24,000 bases of DNA from Acidimicrobiales bacterium (GTDB lineage Bacteria > Actinomycetota > Acidimicrobiia > Acidimicrobiales > MedAcidi-G1). Positions 1-7,266 of this stretch are shown piece by piece (the stretch's first letter is position 1; every line of letters starts with the position of its first letter). The notes beneath the pieces were generated by a model, which saw only the letters and a program-made list of their open reading frames with translations, was not told the origin of the DNA and made no database searches. A program made the translations under genes and the position numbers. The DNA lies in NCBI GenBank assembly GCA_029245675.1, contig JAQWOV010000014.1, positions 1-24,000 of the forward strand. Reading direction: 5' to 3'.

Positions 1-108
1 AGTATCAGAAGAACTACTCGAAGAGCTGTCACTGTCGCTACCACAAGCGCCCGCGAGTAACGCGAACCCAAGTACGACGGCAGATAAAACGCTTAATCGT
101 TTACTCAT
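1..108 (-). CDS. Lipoprotein, N-terminal fragment only (gene continues past the left window edge)
   Basis: Not in the ORF track because it runs off the edge. Reverse-strand reading from the ATG (complement of 106..108) gives MSKRLSVLSAVVLGFALLAGACGSDSDSSSSSSDT. This has a basic n-region, a hydrophobic core, a lipobox-like AGAC and then a Ser/Asp-rich linker. A GAGGG Shine-Dalgarno (complement of 113..117) lies 4 nt upstream. Confidence 0.55.
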   Translation of the reverse strand, partial: MSKRLSVLSAVVLGFALLAGACGSDSDSSSSSSSDT

Positions 109-278
109 GAATCCCTCTCAATGAACCCCAAAGGGCTCTTAATATCTAATAGAACAATCCACTTTGTTTTCCTTAATTTGGAAAACATTATGGATAGATT
201 GCCTACCTTACACATCTTGGAAGGTTCGCGCGCTAGTCGCGGGAGTAATAAAGGATCTTTTAAAAGGAGCTTTTGAGG

Positions 279-659
279 CTAGTTATTACTGACGCTAGTC
301 ACTGTGGTGATGATGCCGCCACGAATTTGCTGTTCAAGAATTACTTTCACCGGAACTTGCACTGCTTTGCCTAGATGGTTGGCAATTTTAGGGGCTAGAT
401 GTTCAGCAAAAATGCCGATTCCTTCGAATGTTCGTAGAAAAAGTTTCAAGGACTTTGTTTCAATGCAGATTGATTCGGGGGAGTAACTTATATCAATCGT
501 GTAAAAATCTGGTTGGTTTGTCACAGGACACACGGCAGTCAATTCGGAAGACCGAAATTGAACTAATTCAACAGGGCCTTCCACAGAGAAGGTGTCAATT
601 TGGGTAGTAGGCGTTGAATCAGGTCGTCCAAGTACTGGTTCTTGATTTGTTTCTTCCAT
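279..659 (-). CDS. queF: NADPH-dependent 7-cyano-7-deazaguanine (preQ0) reductase, unimodular type I QueF
   Basis: 126-aa ORF. It has the catalytic-Cys context ELTAVCPVTNQPDF and the QueF signature E-x-K-S-L-K-L-[FY]-L (IETKSLKLFL). By recollection it aligns well with B. subtilis YkvM/QueF ([21 protein letters not shown]...ESKSLKLYL). Confidence 0.9.
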   Translation of the reverse strand: MEETNQEPVLGRPDSTPTTQIDTFSVEGPVELVQFRSSELTAVCPVTNQPDFYTIDISYSPESICIETKSLKLFLRTFEGIGIFAEHLAPKIANHLGKAVQVPVKVILEQQIRGGIITTVTSVSNN

Positions 660-680
660 TAGTTTGGAACTTGAAATACC

Positions 681-770
681 TTAACTATTGCGACCCAGGT
701 TGGGTTTACGTCCATGGTTAGCCTTTTTACGCCGTGCGTTGGCTCTCTTCTTTGACGTTCGCTTTGACAT
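681..770 (-). CDS. 50S ribosomal protein bL37 (Actinomycetota-specific microprotein), 29 aa
   Basis: Below the ORF-track cutoff and found by hand. The reverse complement of 681..770 reads ATG TCA AAG CGA ... TAA = MSKRTSKKRANARRKKANHGRKPNLGRNS. It is extremely basic. The KKANHG[KR][KR]PN core matches my recollection of mycobacterial bL37 (MAKRGRKKRDRRR..ANHGKRPN). Confidence 0.75.
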   Translation of the reverse strand: MSKRTSKKRANARRKKANHGRKPNLGRNS

Positions 771-894
771 GCTAAAGATGCTAACGGCTTAATGAGAGAT
801 ACATGTGTTTTTTTACCTGTTTCTGATGGCTATTGCATGAACTGGCGTAGTCTTACCTGCTGGAAGAACAAATCATTTCAGACAGGAGCATGAG

Positions 895-1971
895 ATGGAA
901 AGATTTGGATTTGTTGGCTTGCCTAATGCAGGAAAGTCTTCTTTATATAACGCATTAGCAGGTGGAGGGGCTTTAGCAGCCCCGTATGCGTTCGCGACAA
1001 CAGATCCAAATATTGGGGTAGCAAAAGTTCCAGATGACCGTTTAGATCAGTTGGCTCAGATGAGTGCCTCTAAGAAGGTGATTCCAGCGAGTGTTCAATT
1101 TGCCGATATAGGTGGGTTAGTTGAAGGAGCAGCTTCTGGAGAAGGTCTCGGAAACAAATTTCTAGCTGGAATTCGTGAAGTGGATGCGATTGTTTTTGTT
1201 CTCAGAGCCTTTCAGGACACAGATGTTCCGGGACCTACAGATCCGTTAGAGCATCTTCGAATTGTTGAGGTGGAACTTGCTTTGGCAGATCTAGAAACGG
1301 TGGAACGGCAACTTGAGAAGCATAGAAAGTCTATGAAAAGCGATAAGACGTTAGTTGGAGCAGTTGCATTGTTAGAAAGAACCCACGAAGCGCTTTCCGA
1401 GGGCATTCCTCTTCATAGAACTAACTTTACGAGTGAAGAACGTCATGAATTGCAGCCGTTCTTTTTGCTGACGAATAAACCGGCACTGGCGATAGTTAAC
1501 TTAGATGAAGATCAGGTATCAGAATCTGAAAGCATTTTGAAACCAATTAAAGATGAATTCCATGATTCAGTAGATGTCATCGGTATGTGTATTCAACTTG
1601 AAGCTGAAGCAGCACTGTTGCCACCTGATCAGCGAGGGGAACTGCTTGAAGGGCTTGGTCTAGGACAAGGAGCCCTCCCGCGTTTTGTGCGATCGGCTTA
1701 TCACCAACTCGGGCTTCGAACATTTTTTACGACCGGAGAAAAAGAAACACGTGCATGGACATTCCGCTCTGGTTCTTCGGCTCCAGAATGTGCAGGCCGG
1801 ATCCATACGGACTTTGAGCGCGGATTCATTAGAGCTGAAACAATCCGTTGGGATCAGTTACTTGAATTTGGATCCTATGTAAAAGCTAGGGAGGCAGGAG
1901 CAGTTCGATCAGAAGGAAAAGATTACTGTCCTCAAGACGGGGATGTTTTAGAGTTCAGATTCAATGTCTGA
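895..1971 (+). CDS. ychF: Redox-regulated ribosome-binding ATPase YchF (Obg-family GTPase fold)
   Basis: 358 aa. Shows the P-loop GLPNAGKSS, a G3-like DIGGLV(E)GA, and the YchF C-terminal region (FFTTGEKETRAWT...G..AP.CAG.IH.DFE.GFIRAE). An AGGAG Shine-Dalgarno at 884..888 lies 6 nt before the ATG. Confidence 0.95.
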   Translation: MERFGFVGLPNAGKSSLYNALAGGGALAAPYAFATTDPNIGVAKVPDDRLDQLAQMSASKKVIPASVQFADIGGLVEGAASGEGLGNKFLAGIREVDAIVFVLRAFQDTDVPGPTDPLEHLRIVEVELALADLETVERQLEKHRKSMKSDKTLVGAVALLERTHEALSEGIPLHRTNFTSEERHELQPFFLLTNKPALAIVNLDEDQVSESESILKPIKDEFHDSVDVIGMCIQLEAEAALLPPDQRGELLEGLGLGQGALPRFVRSAYHQLGLRTFFTTGEKETRAWTFRSGSSAPECAGRIHTDFERGFIRAETIRWDQLLEFGSYVKAREAGAVRSEGKDYCPQDGDVLEFRFNV

Positions 1972-1985
1972 TCTAGACTCTAGAT

Positions 1986-2315
1986 ATGCCCTGGTTACTA
2001 CTTGAAGAGAAAGTTCTTAGTTCTATAGAAATAGGCTCAAATGAATCTTTTGTAGGGCAGTCACCTCATCGTGGGGGAGGATCTGAAGAGACTCAGTTGA
2101 TCATGTCTACAAAACTTGTCCATACGTTCCGAAGAGTGGAATCGGAGGATTTCATTTTTCTTGACGAAAGTTTCAAAATTCTTGAGATAAAAACTTTGAC
2201 CCCATCGCGTATTAAGTTCTCTCCGTTAAGAACCAAATCAATTGTTAAAACAAATGAAGGTAATGCTCTTCGGTGGGATGTTCAGGTTGATGACATTCTG
2301 GAGATCCGATTATGA
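1986..2315 (+). CDS. Small conserved hypothetical protein, DUF192-like (divergent)
   Basis: 109 aa. The pattern ...HTF.....DFIFLDESFKILEIKTLTP......SIVKTNEGNALRWDVQVDDILEI resembles the DUF192/COG1430 consensus (..M....LD.iFlD..g.i..i..l.P......yvlE...G......i..GD.l.). Its stop overlaps the rsmI start (ATGA at 2312..2315). This is a family call from memory of the consensus only. Confidence 0.45.
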   Translation: MPWLLLEEKVLSSIEIGSNESFVGQSPHRGGGSEETQLIMSTKLVHTFRRVESEDFIFLDESFKILEIKTLTPSRIKFSPLRTKSIVKTNEGNALRWDVQVDDILEIRL

Positions 2316-3145
2316 ATGGCATCCTTACATTAGTAGCTACTCCGATTGGAAATTTATCAGACCTTTCTCCGCGCGGGTTAGAAACTCTTGAAAGGTCAGA
2401 TGTAATCGCATGTGAAGATACGCGTCGTACCGGTTCCCTGCTTCAACATTTTGGAATCACAGGTGTACGAATGCTGCGTGTAGATTCACACACCGAAGAG
2501 AAAGCGGCCGGAGAGATTATCAACTGTCTTTCAGACGGGCTTTCAGTATCAATGGTTACTGACGCTGGAATGCCAAGCATCTCGGACCCAGGGGAGCGGT
2601 TAGTGAAAAAAGTTATTGAATCTGGCCATCAAATAACAGTTATCCCGGGTCCAACCGCACCTATTTCAGCGTTAGTGGTCAGCGGGTTTTCAACTCAAAG
2701 GTGGTGCATGGAAGGGTTTTTACCAAGAAAAGGGGAAAATCGATCTCGAAGAATTAAAGAAATTGCTGAAGAAACTCGAACAACCGTCTTATTTGAATCC
2801 CCACATCGGCTGAAAGCCACGTTGGAAGATTTATATGAAGAATGTGGAGGCACTCGGCAGATAGCCATAGTTAGAGAACTCACAAAAATACATGAAGAAA
2901 TCTTCAGAGGATCTTTAGAAGAGTCTTTAGCCTGGGTTGAGAAAAAAATAAAAGGCGAAATAGTGATCGTGCTTGAAGCCAATAATTCAACCACAGAAAT
3001 AGACGACGATCGTCTCAAAGTTGTTCTAAGGGAAATACTTGATGGCGGGGTGTCCACCAAAGATGCGGCTGAAGAAGCATCTCGAAGACTGAATGTGAGT
3101 CGCCGGCGTGCTTATTCAACCGCTCTGGACTTAAGGGCGGACTAG
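2312..3145 (+). CDS. rsmI: 16S rRNA (cytidine1402-2'-O)-methyltransferase RsmI
   Basis: 277 aa. The N-terminus LTLVATPIGNLSDLSPRGLETLERSDVIACEDTRRTGSLLQHFGI closely matches the RsmI signature (PIGNL.D...R......D.IA.EDTR....LL.H.GI). FESPHR and the VRELTK(I)HEE motif are also present. Confidence 0.9.
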   Translation: MNGILTLVATPIGNLSDLSPRGLETLERSDVIACEDTRRTGSLLQHFGITGVRMLRVDSHTEEKAAGEIINCLSDGLSVSMVTDAGMPSISDPGERLVKKVIESGHQITVIPGPTAPISALVVSGFSTQRWCMEGFLPRKGENRSRRIKEIAEETRTTVLFESPHRLKATLEDLYEECGGTRQIAIVRELTKIHEEIFRGSLEESLAWVEKKIKGEIVIVLEANNSTTEIDDDRLKVVLREILDGGVSTKDAAEEASRRLNVSRRRAYSTALDLRAD

Positions 3146-3155
3146 TCTCACAGTT

Positions 3156-4790
3156 ATGAATCATTCAAATACCCCCATCCTCGTAGCTGTGGCTTGGCCC
3201 TACGCTTCTGGATCACGCCACCTCGGGCATCTTGCGGGCGCGTATCTTCCTGCAGACGTTTTTGCTCGTTACCAGCGTTTGATGGGAAATCGGGTGTTAA
3301 TGGTTAGCGGGTCAGACGTTCATGGCACCCCGATAACAGTTAGAGCTGACGCGGAAGGAGTCACTCCATCTGAAATCGCAGATAAGTATCATGCAGAGTT
3401 TGTAAAAGATTGGGAAAGACTTGATATCAGTTGGGATTGCTATACCTCTACTGGCACCAACAATCACAAAGAAGTTGTGCAAGAACTATTTATGACTCTT
3501 TTAAATAAGGGACACATTGATAAAAGAACAAGCGAGCAATACTTTGATCAAGAAGTAAACAGATTTTTACCTGATCGTTATATTGAGGGATCTTGTCCAC
3601 ATTGCGAATATCTTGAGGCCCGTGGAGACCAATGCGAAAACTGCGGCAGGACCTTAGATCCACAAGAACTTGTTAACCCGCGTTCAAAAATTTCGGGTTC
3701 AGAACCAGAACTTCGATCAACTGAACATTTCTATTTACGTCTCTCAGACTTTGAAGATTCTCTGGAAAAATGGTTATCGACAAGGCAAGGATGGAGAAAA
3801 CATGTACTCAATTTCTCTAAAGGATGGATAGAAGAAGGCCTTCAAGATCGGGCTATTACCCGAGACTTAGATTGGGGAATTGAGATACCAGTCGATGATT
3901 TGGGTGAAGGTAAACGAATTTATGTTTGGTTCGAAGCTGTAGTCGGCTATTTATCTGCTGCAAAAGAATGGGCGGCCAAACAAGGTGAGCCAGAGTCTTG
4001 GAAAGACTGGTGGGAGAACGACGAAGCACAAAGTTTTTATTTCATTGGCAAAGACAACATACCTTTTCACACCATTATTTGGCCAGGGATGCTCATAGGT
4101 AACGGCGGCTTAAATCTTCCCACCGATGTTCCGGCTAACCAATACGTCACTTTCAAAGGTGGTAAAGCATCTGCTAGCCGTGGAGTTGGGTTAACGATAG
4201 GAGAGGGGTTAGACATGTTTGAGCCAGACGCTCTTCGTTATGCGCTTGCAGCCAACCTCCCTGAACAGAGCGATACAGATATTTCAATAGAAGAGATCGT
4301 TCGACGAATAAATGAAGAACTGGTAGCGACTTGGGGAAATTTAGTAAATCGAGTTCTTTCAATGGTGAACAAAACTTGTGAAGGGCAAGTCCCTGCACCG
4401 GGAAATAAAAAGGATGAAGACAACAAAGTTCTATCTGAAGTAGATGCAATGTTGTTAAAGGCTTCTCAACAGTTAGAGAAAGTAGAAATCCGAGCTGCAC
4501 TTAGATCCGCAATGGATGGAGCCGCAGCTGTTAATGCCTATCTGAATGCTACAGAACCATGGAGAGTCGCTAAAGAAGATCCTGACCGCGCAACAACGAT
4601 ACTCAGTACGGCTTTAGAAGCAATTAATGGAGTTCGAGTGGCATTATCTCCGTATCTTCCTTTCTCTACTACCAAACTTGAAGAGATTTTAGGCCCAATC
4701 AGCAGTTGGGAAAGAAGCCCGGTTGTCGCTGGAACACCGATTCCAAAACCAACACCTTTGTTTGCAAAAATCGAAGTAACAAATGACTAA
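3156..4790 (+). CDS. metG: Methionine--tRNA ligase
   Basis: 544 aa. Shows a class-I aaRS HIGH-type motif (WPYASGSRHLGHLAG), a zinc knuckle CPHC...CENCG, the connective-peptide region DWGI, and a KMSKS-equivalent K-A-S-A-S-RG. Confidence 0.95.
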   Translation: MNHSNTPILVAVAWPYASGSRHLGHLAGAYLPADVFARYQRLMGNRVLMVSGSDVHGTPITVRADAEGVTPSEIADKYHAEFVKDWERLDISWDCYTSTGTNNHKEVVQELFMTLLNKGHIDKRTSEQYFDQEVNRFLPDRYIEGSCPHCEYLEARGDQCENCGRTLDPQELVNPRSKISGSEPELRSTEHFYLRLSDFEDSLEKWLSTRQGWRKHVLNFSKGWIEEGLQDRAITRDLDWGIEIPVDDLGEGKRIYVWFEAVVGYLSAAKEWAAKQGEPESWKDWWENDEAQSFYFIGKDNIPFHTIIWPGMLIGNGGLNLPTDVPANQYVTFKGGKASASRGVGLTIGEGLDMFEPDALRYALAANLPEQSDTDISIEEIVRRINEELVATWGNLVNRVLSMVNKTCEGQVPAPGNKKDEDNKVLSEVDAMLLKASQQLEKVEIRAALRSAMDGAAAVNAYLNATEPWRVAKEDPDRATTILSTALEAINGVRVALSPYLPFSTTKLEEILGPISSWERSPVVAGTPIPKPTPLFAKIEVTND

Positions 4791-5553
4791 AAAGGCTGCT
4801 GATGTTCAATGGTTCGATAACCATTGCCATCTTGGGGAAGACGCAGAAGCCATTATTGAACGTGCTCATTTAGTTGGAGTGACGAAAATGATAACTGTCG
4901 GAACCGACTTAGCGGAAAGTAAAGTGGCGATCCAAATCGCAGAAAATTTTGAAAATGTTTGGGCTACCGCGGGGATTCACCCACATGAAGCCACGCACGG
5001 AACACAGGGACTAAAAGAACTCCTTGACTCACCTCAAGTAGTAGCAGTAGGAGAAGCAGGACTGGATTTTTATTACGATCATTCACCGCGAAACGAACAA
5101 AAAGAAGTTTTTAAACAGCAAATTGAATTAGCTAATAAAAAATCGATGCCACTAGTAATACACACAAGAGAGGCTTGGGATGAAACGTTTTCTCTTTTAG
5201 ACGCTGAAGGAACTCCAGAACACACAGTATTCCATTGTTTCACCGGCGGGCCCATAGAACTTGAATCTTGTTTATCTCGCAACGCTTCCGTTTCTTTCAG
5301 TGGGATAGCTACTTTTTCTACCGCTTCAGAAGTACGCGCCGCAATCGAAGAATGCCCCCTCGAAAAACTACTCTTAGAAACTGATTCCCCATATCTCGCT
5401 CCAGTCCCACTCAGAGGTCAAATAAATGAACCAGCAAACATAATTCACACAGGTCGACTTATAGCTGAGGTCAAAAGCCTCACTGAACAAGAAGTAGCCA
5501 CAGCAACCACTCAAAATGCAGAAAGATTCTACAGGCTTACTGAAATCAACTAA
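4783..5553 (+). CDS. tatD: TatD-family metal-dependent DNase/hydrolase
   Basis: 256 aa. Shows the N-terminal FDNHCHL (HxH metal site), GIHPHEA, EAGLDFYY, VIHTREA, HCFTG and ETDSPYLAPVP motifs typical of TatD/YcfH. The start overlaps the metG stop by 8 nt. Confidence 0.9.
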   Translation: MTKKAADVQWFDNHCHLGEDAEAIIERAHLVGVTKMITVGTDLAESKVAIQIAENFENVWATAGIHPHEATHGTQGLKELLDSPQVVAVGEAGLDFYYDHSPRNEQKEVFKQQIELANKKSMPLVIHTREAWDETFSLLDAEGTPEHTVFHCFTGGPIELESCLSRNASVSFSGIATFSTASEVRAAIEECPLEKLLLETDSPYLAPVPLRGQINEPANIIHTGRLIAEVKSLTEQEVATATTQNAERFYRLTEIN

Positions 5554-5566
5554 AAGCGGGCACGAT

Positions 5567-5604
5567 TCGCGCTTAGAGTGGTCACTCTCGCGCGACGATT
5601 TTTT
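5567..5604 (+). terminator. Probable intrinsic terminator after tatD
   Basis: GC-rich imperfect hairpin. 5567-5572 (tcgcgc) pairs with 5590-5595 (gcgcga), and 5575-5579 (agagt) pairs with 5584-5588 (actct). After a 3-nt spacer comes TTTTTT at 5599..5604 and further T-rich sequence. Confidence 0.55.
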
Positions 5605-5730
5605 GCTGTTTGTTTTTTCTCTCAATTCTTCATAAATTTTTGTTCGGCTATAGCATTTTAGAAAATTGCTATCAGAGGGGAAAGGGACGGAGCTCTGGAA
5701 GCTGATACCACCATCGAGAGGTGGCGAGTA

Positions 5731-6438
5731 GTGGTAGTGGCGGTAGCTACTATCGCTGCAGTGCCTCTTCTCGTTTTAGAAAATCCAAATTCTTTTGGCT
5801 CTGCAACATCAACTGCAGGAGCTACTGAAACCTCTTTGGCTGCAACAACAGCCACAATTGTCGCGTCTGAGGCATCAGAGAGTTCTGGAATAGTTCTTTC
5901 AACTCTTGAAGAAGAAAATAGTGGACCTAGTCAGTTAGACGAGACTCAAGCCATGATGATACTCGCTGAGGCAAAAGCCCAAAAAATATTAAAAGACGCT
6001 GTTGAAGCTAAAGAAAAAGACGCTCTTTCAATTTTTGAAACAGCAGAAATTCTTTCAGCCGAACGAGCTGAAGAACTTGCAGAAGCGAGGATCGAATATA
6101 TAGAGTCCCAAGGTTCCGCATCTCCTACAACTCTTCCGCCTTACGTACCCCCAGCACCTAATGGACCGACGGAACAGCAATGGAGTGATTTACGACGGTG
6201 TGAGTCAACTAACAACTACCAAGCAGTAAGTCCTTCTGGGACTTATCGAGGCGCCTATCAATTCAGTCAAGTCACATGGGATTTCATCGCAGGAATTTCT
6301 ACTCACGTTGAAGTTCATTACTTATTAGGCGTAGACCCCATTGACGCTTCTCCAGCTGAACAAGATTTGATGGCGCTTACTCTATATAACTACTGGGGTA
6401 GAGGCCAGTGGCCTGAGTGCGGCCGCTTTTTGCCGTAA
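5731..6438 (+). CDS. rpf: Rpf-like secreted/membrane-anchored transglycosylase (resuscitation-promoting-factor domain)
   Basis: 235 aa with a GTG start at 5731 and a GAGAGG Shine-Dalgarno at 5716..5721. The frame opens at 5662. The N-terminus is a hydrophobic anchor (VVAVATIAAVPLLVL), followed by a Ser/Thr/Ala-rich segment, an Ala/Glu/Lys-rich helical segment and a Pro-rich linker. The C-terminal domain QWSDLRRCESTNNYQAVSPSGTYRGAYQFSQVTWD...PAEQDLMA...GQWPECG matches the Rpf/transglycosylase-like pattern (W..l..CES.gn......g.y.G.lQFs..TW....a..eqq......G...WP.CG). Its position between tatD and rsmA matches the place of rpfB in mycobacteria. Confidence 0.8.
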   Translation: MVVAVATIAAVPLLVLENPNSFGSATSTAGATETSLAATTATIVASEASESSGIVLSTLEEENSGPSQLDETQAMMILAEAKAQKILKDAVEAKEKDALSIFETAEILSAERAEELAEARIEYIESQGSASPTTLPPYVPPAPNGPTEQQWSDLRRCESTNNYQAVSPSGTYRGAYQFSQVTWDFIAGISTHVEVHYLLGVDPIDASPAEQDLMALTLYNYWGRGQWPECGRFLP

Positions 6439-6447
6439 CTTCTAGTT

Positions 6448-7266
6448 ATGACCCTTACTCGGACCGAAGTCCGGGATCTTCTAGATCGATATCAGATAAG
6501 TCCTAAACGTTCTTTAGGGCAAAATTTTGTCGTAGAACCAAATACTGTTAGGCGAATAGCTGAGTTGGCAGAAATTGAAATAGGCGATCAAGTTTTGGAG
6601 ATAGGACCAGGATTGGGTTCATTAACCTTGGCTCTTGAAGACCGAGGAGCACACGTAACAGCCCTAGAAATTGATGACAAACTTGTTGAAGTACTTAAAG
6701 AGGTAACAGCTGGCAAACAAATCAATATCTTGCATGAAGATGCTATGAAATTTGATTTTGGGACCTATACCTCTAGTGGGAGATGGAAACTTGTAGCTAA
6801 TTTGCCCTACAACATTTCAGTTCCATTGATTTGCAACATTTTAGATACATCTCCTTCTATAACCGAGATGCTGGTCATGGTCCAGAGTGAAGTAGCAGAT
6901 CGTCTTGTAGCGAGACCTGAAACAAAAGCGTATGGCTTCCCATCTGTGAAAGTTTCTTTTTATGCAGAAGCCTCTTTAGTGAGTCGTGTCCCACCTTCTG
7001 TGTTTTTGCCGCGACCAAGAGTTGATTCAGCGCTCGTCAGAATTAAAAGAAAGCCACATACAGATACGACAGTTGACACAGAGACTCTTTTTTCCTTAGT
7101 GAAAATGGGATTCACTCATCGCCGCAAAACATTGCGCCGCTCTTTGGGGGACATGGTCAGAGAAGAAGAGTTTCAAAAATCTAGTATTAATTCAAAAGCA
7201 AGAGCGGAAGAATTAAGTATTGACGAGTGGGTGCATCTAGCAAAGGAGGTCCGTCATGAAAACTGA
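6448..7266 (+). CDS. rsmA: 16S rRNA (adenine1518/1519-N6)-dimethyltransferase RsmA/KsgA
   Basis: 272 aa. Shows KRSLGQNF, the SAM-binding VLEIGPGLGSLT, the catalytic-site ANLPYNIS, and FLPRPRVDSA. Confidence 0.93.
   Translation: MTLTRTEVRDLLDRYQISPKRSLGQNFVVEPNTVRRIAELAEIEIGDQVLEIGPGLGSLTLALEDRGAHVTALEIDDKLVEVLKEVTAGKQINILHEDAMKFDFGTYTSSGRWKLVANLPYNISVPLICNILDTSPSITEMLVMVQSEVADRLVARPETKAYGFPSVKVSFYAEASLVSRVPPSVFLPRPRVDSALVRIKRKPHTDTTVDTETLFSLVKMGFTHRRKTLRRSLGDMVREEEFQKSSINSKARAEELSIDEWVHLAKEVRHEN

Noticed and set aside
121-276. Small ORFs in the 170-nt queF/lipoprotein spacer. One is a 51-aa plus-strand ORF (MNPKGLLISNRTIHF...). The other is a 36-aa minus-strand ORF whose TGA overlaps the lipoprotein ATG. 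A 7-bp hairpin GTTTTCC-ttaattt-GGAAAAC lies at 166..186.
   Set aside because: There is no Shine-Dalgarno, no recognisable protein features, and the hairpin has no U-tract. This is more likely the promoter and leader region of the lipoprotein gene and the 3' UTR of queF.
816-886. Long-range complementarity CCTGT(tt)CTGA at 816-826 with TCAGACAGG at 878-886. It could occlude the ychF Shine-Dalgarno (AGGAG at 884-888).
   Set aside because: It is only 9 bp with a bulge, separated by about 50 nt, and has no supporting conservation data. That is easily chance in a 124-nt spacer.
792-893. A 33-aa Cys-rich plus-strand ORF (MRDTCVFLPVSDGYCMNWRSLTCWKNKSFQTGA) just upstream of ychF.
   Set aside because: It has no ribosome-binding site and no recognisable family. 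It lies in the divergent promoter region and overlaps the ychF Shine-Dalgarno. It was judged spurious.
660-894. A preQ1 riboswitch upstream of queF or bL37.
   Set aside because: The 21-nt bL37-queF gap cannot hold one. The region upstream of bL37 shows only a weak long-range complementarity and an A-run (aaaaaaa), without the compact hairpin plus ACUA tail of preQ1-I.
2695-3060. Long antisense ORFs inside well-supported genes:
- 2695..3060 in rsmI
- 20510..20875 in mazG
- 4174..4500 in metG
- 7327..7596 in ispE
- 18182..18430 in mfd
- others
   Set aside because: These are shadow ORFs opposite strongly conserved coding frames. Their translations are low-complexity (Ser/Arg/Leu-rich) with no recognisable motifs or start context.
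5605-5730. A possible cyclic-di-AMP (ydaO-type) riboswitch upstream of the rpf-like gene. Such riboswitches control rpf and cell-wall hydrolase genes in other Actinomycetota. Local pairings exist (tatcag 5670-5675 with ctgata 5702-5707, and a G-rich AGGGGAAAGGGACGG).
   Set aside because: The leader is too short. It lacks the conserved blocks I recall from ydaO, for example ACCCGAACCCGUCAGCUAACCUCGUAAGC and the pseudo-twofold GGGGA/CCCA elements. Only an Rfam RF00379 covariance-model scan could settle it.
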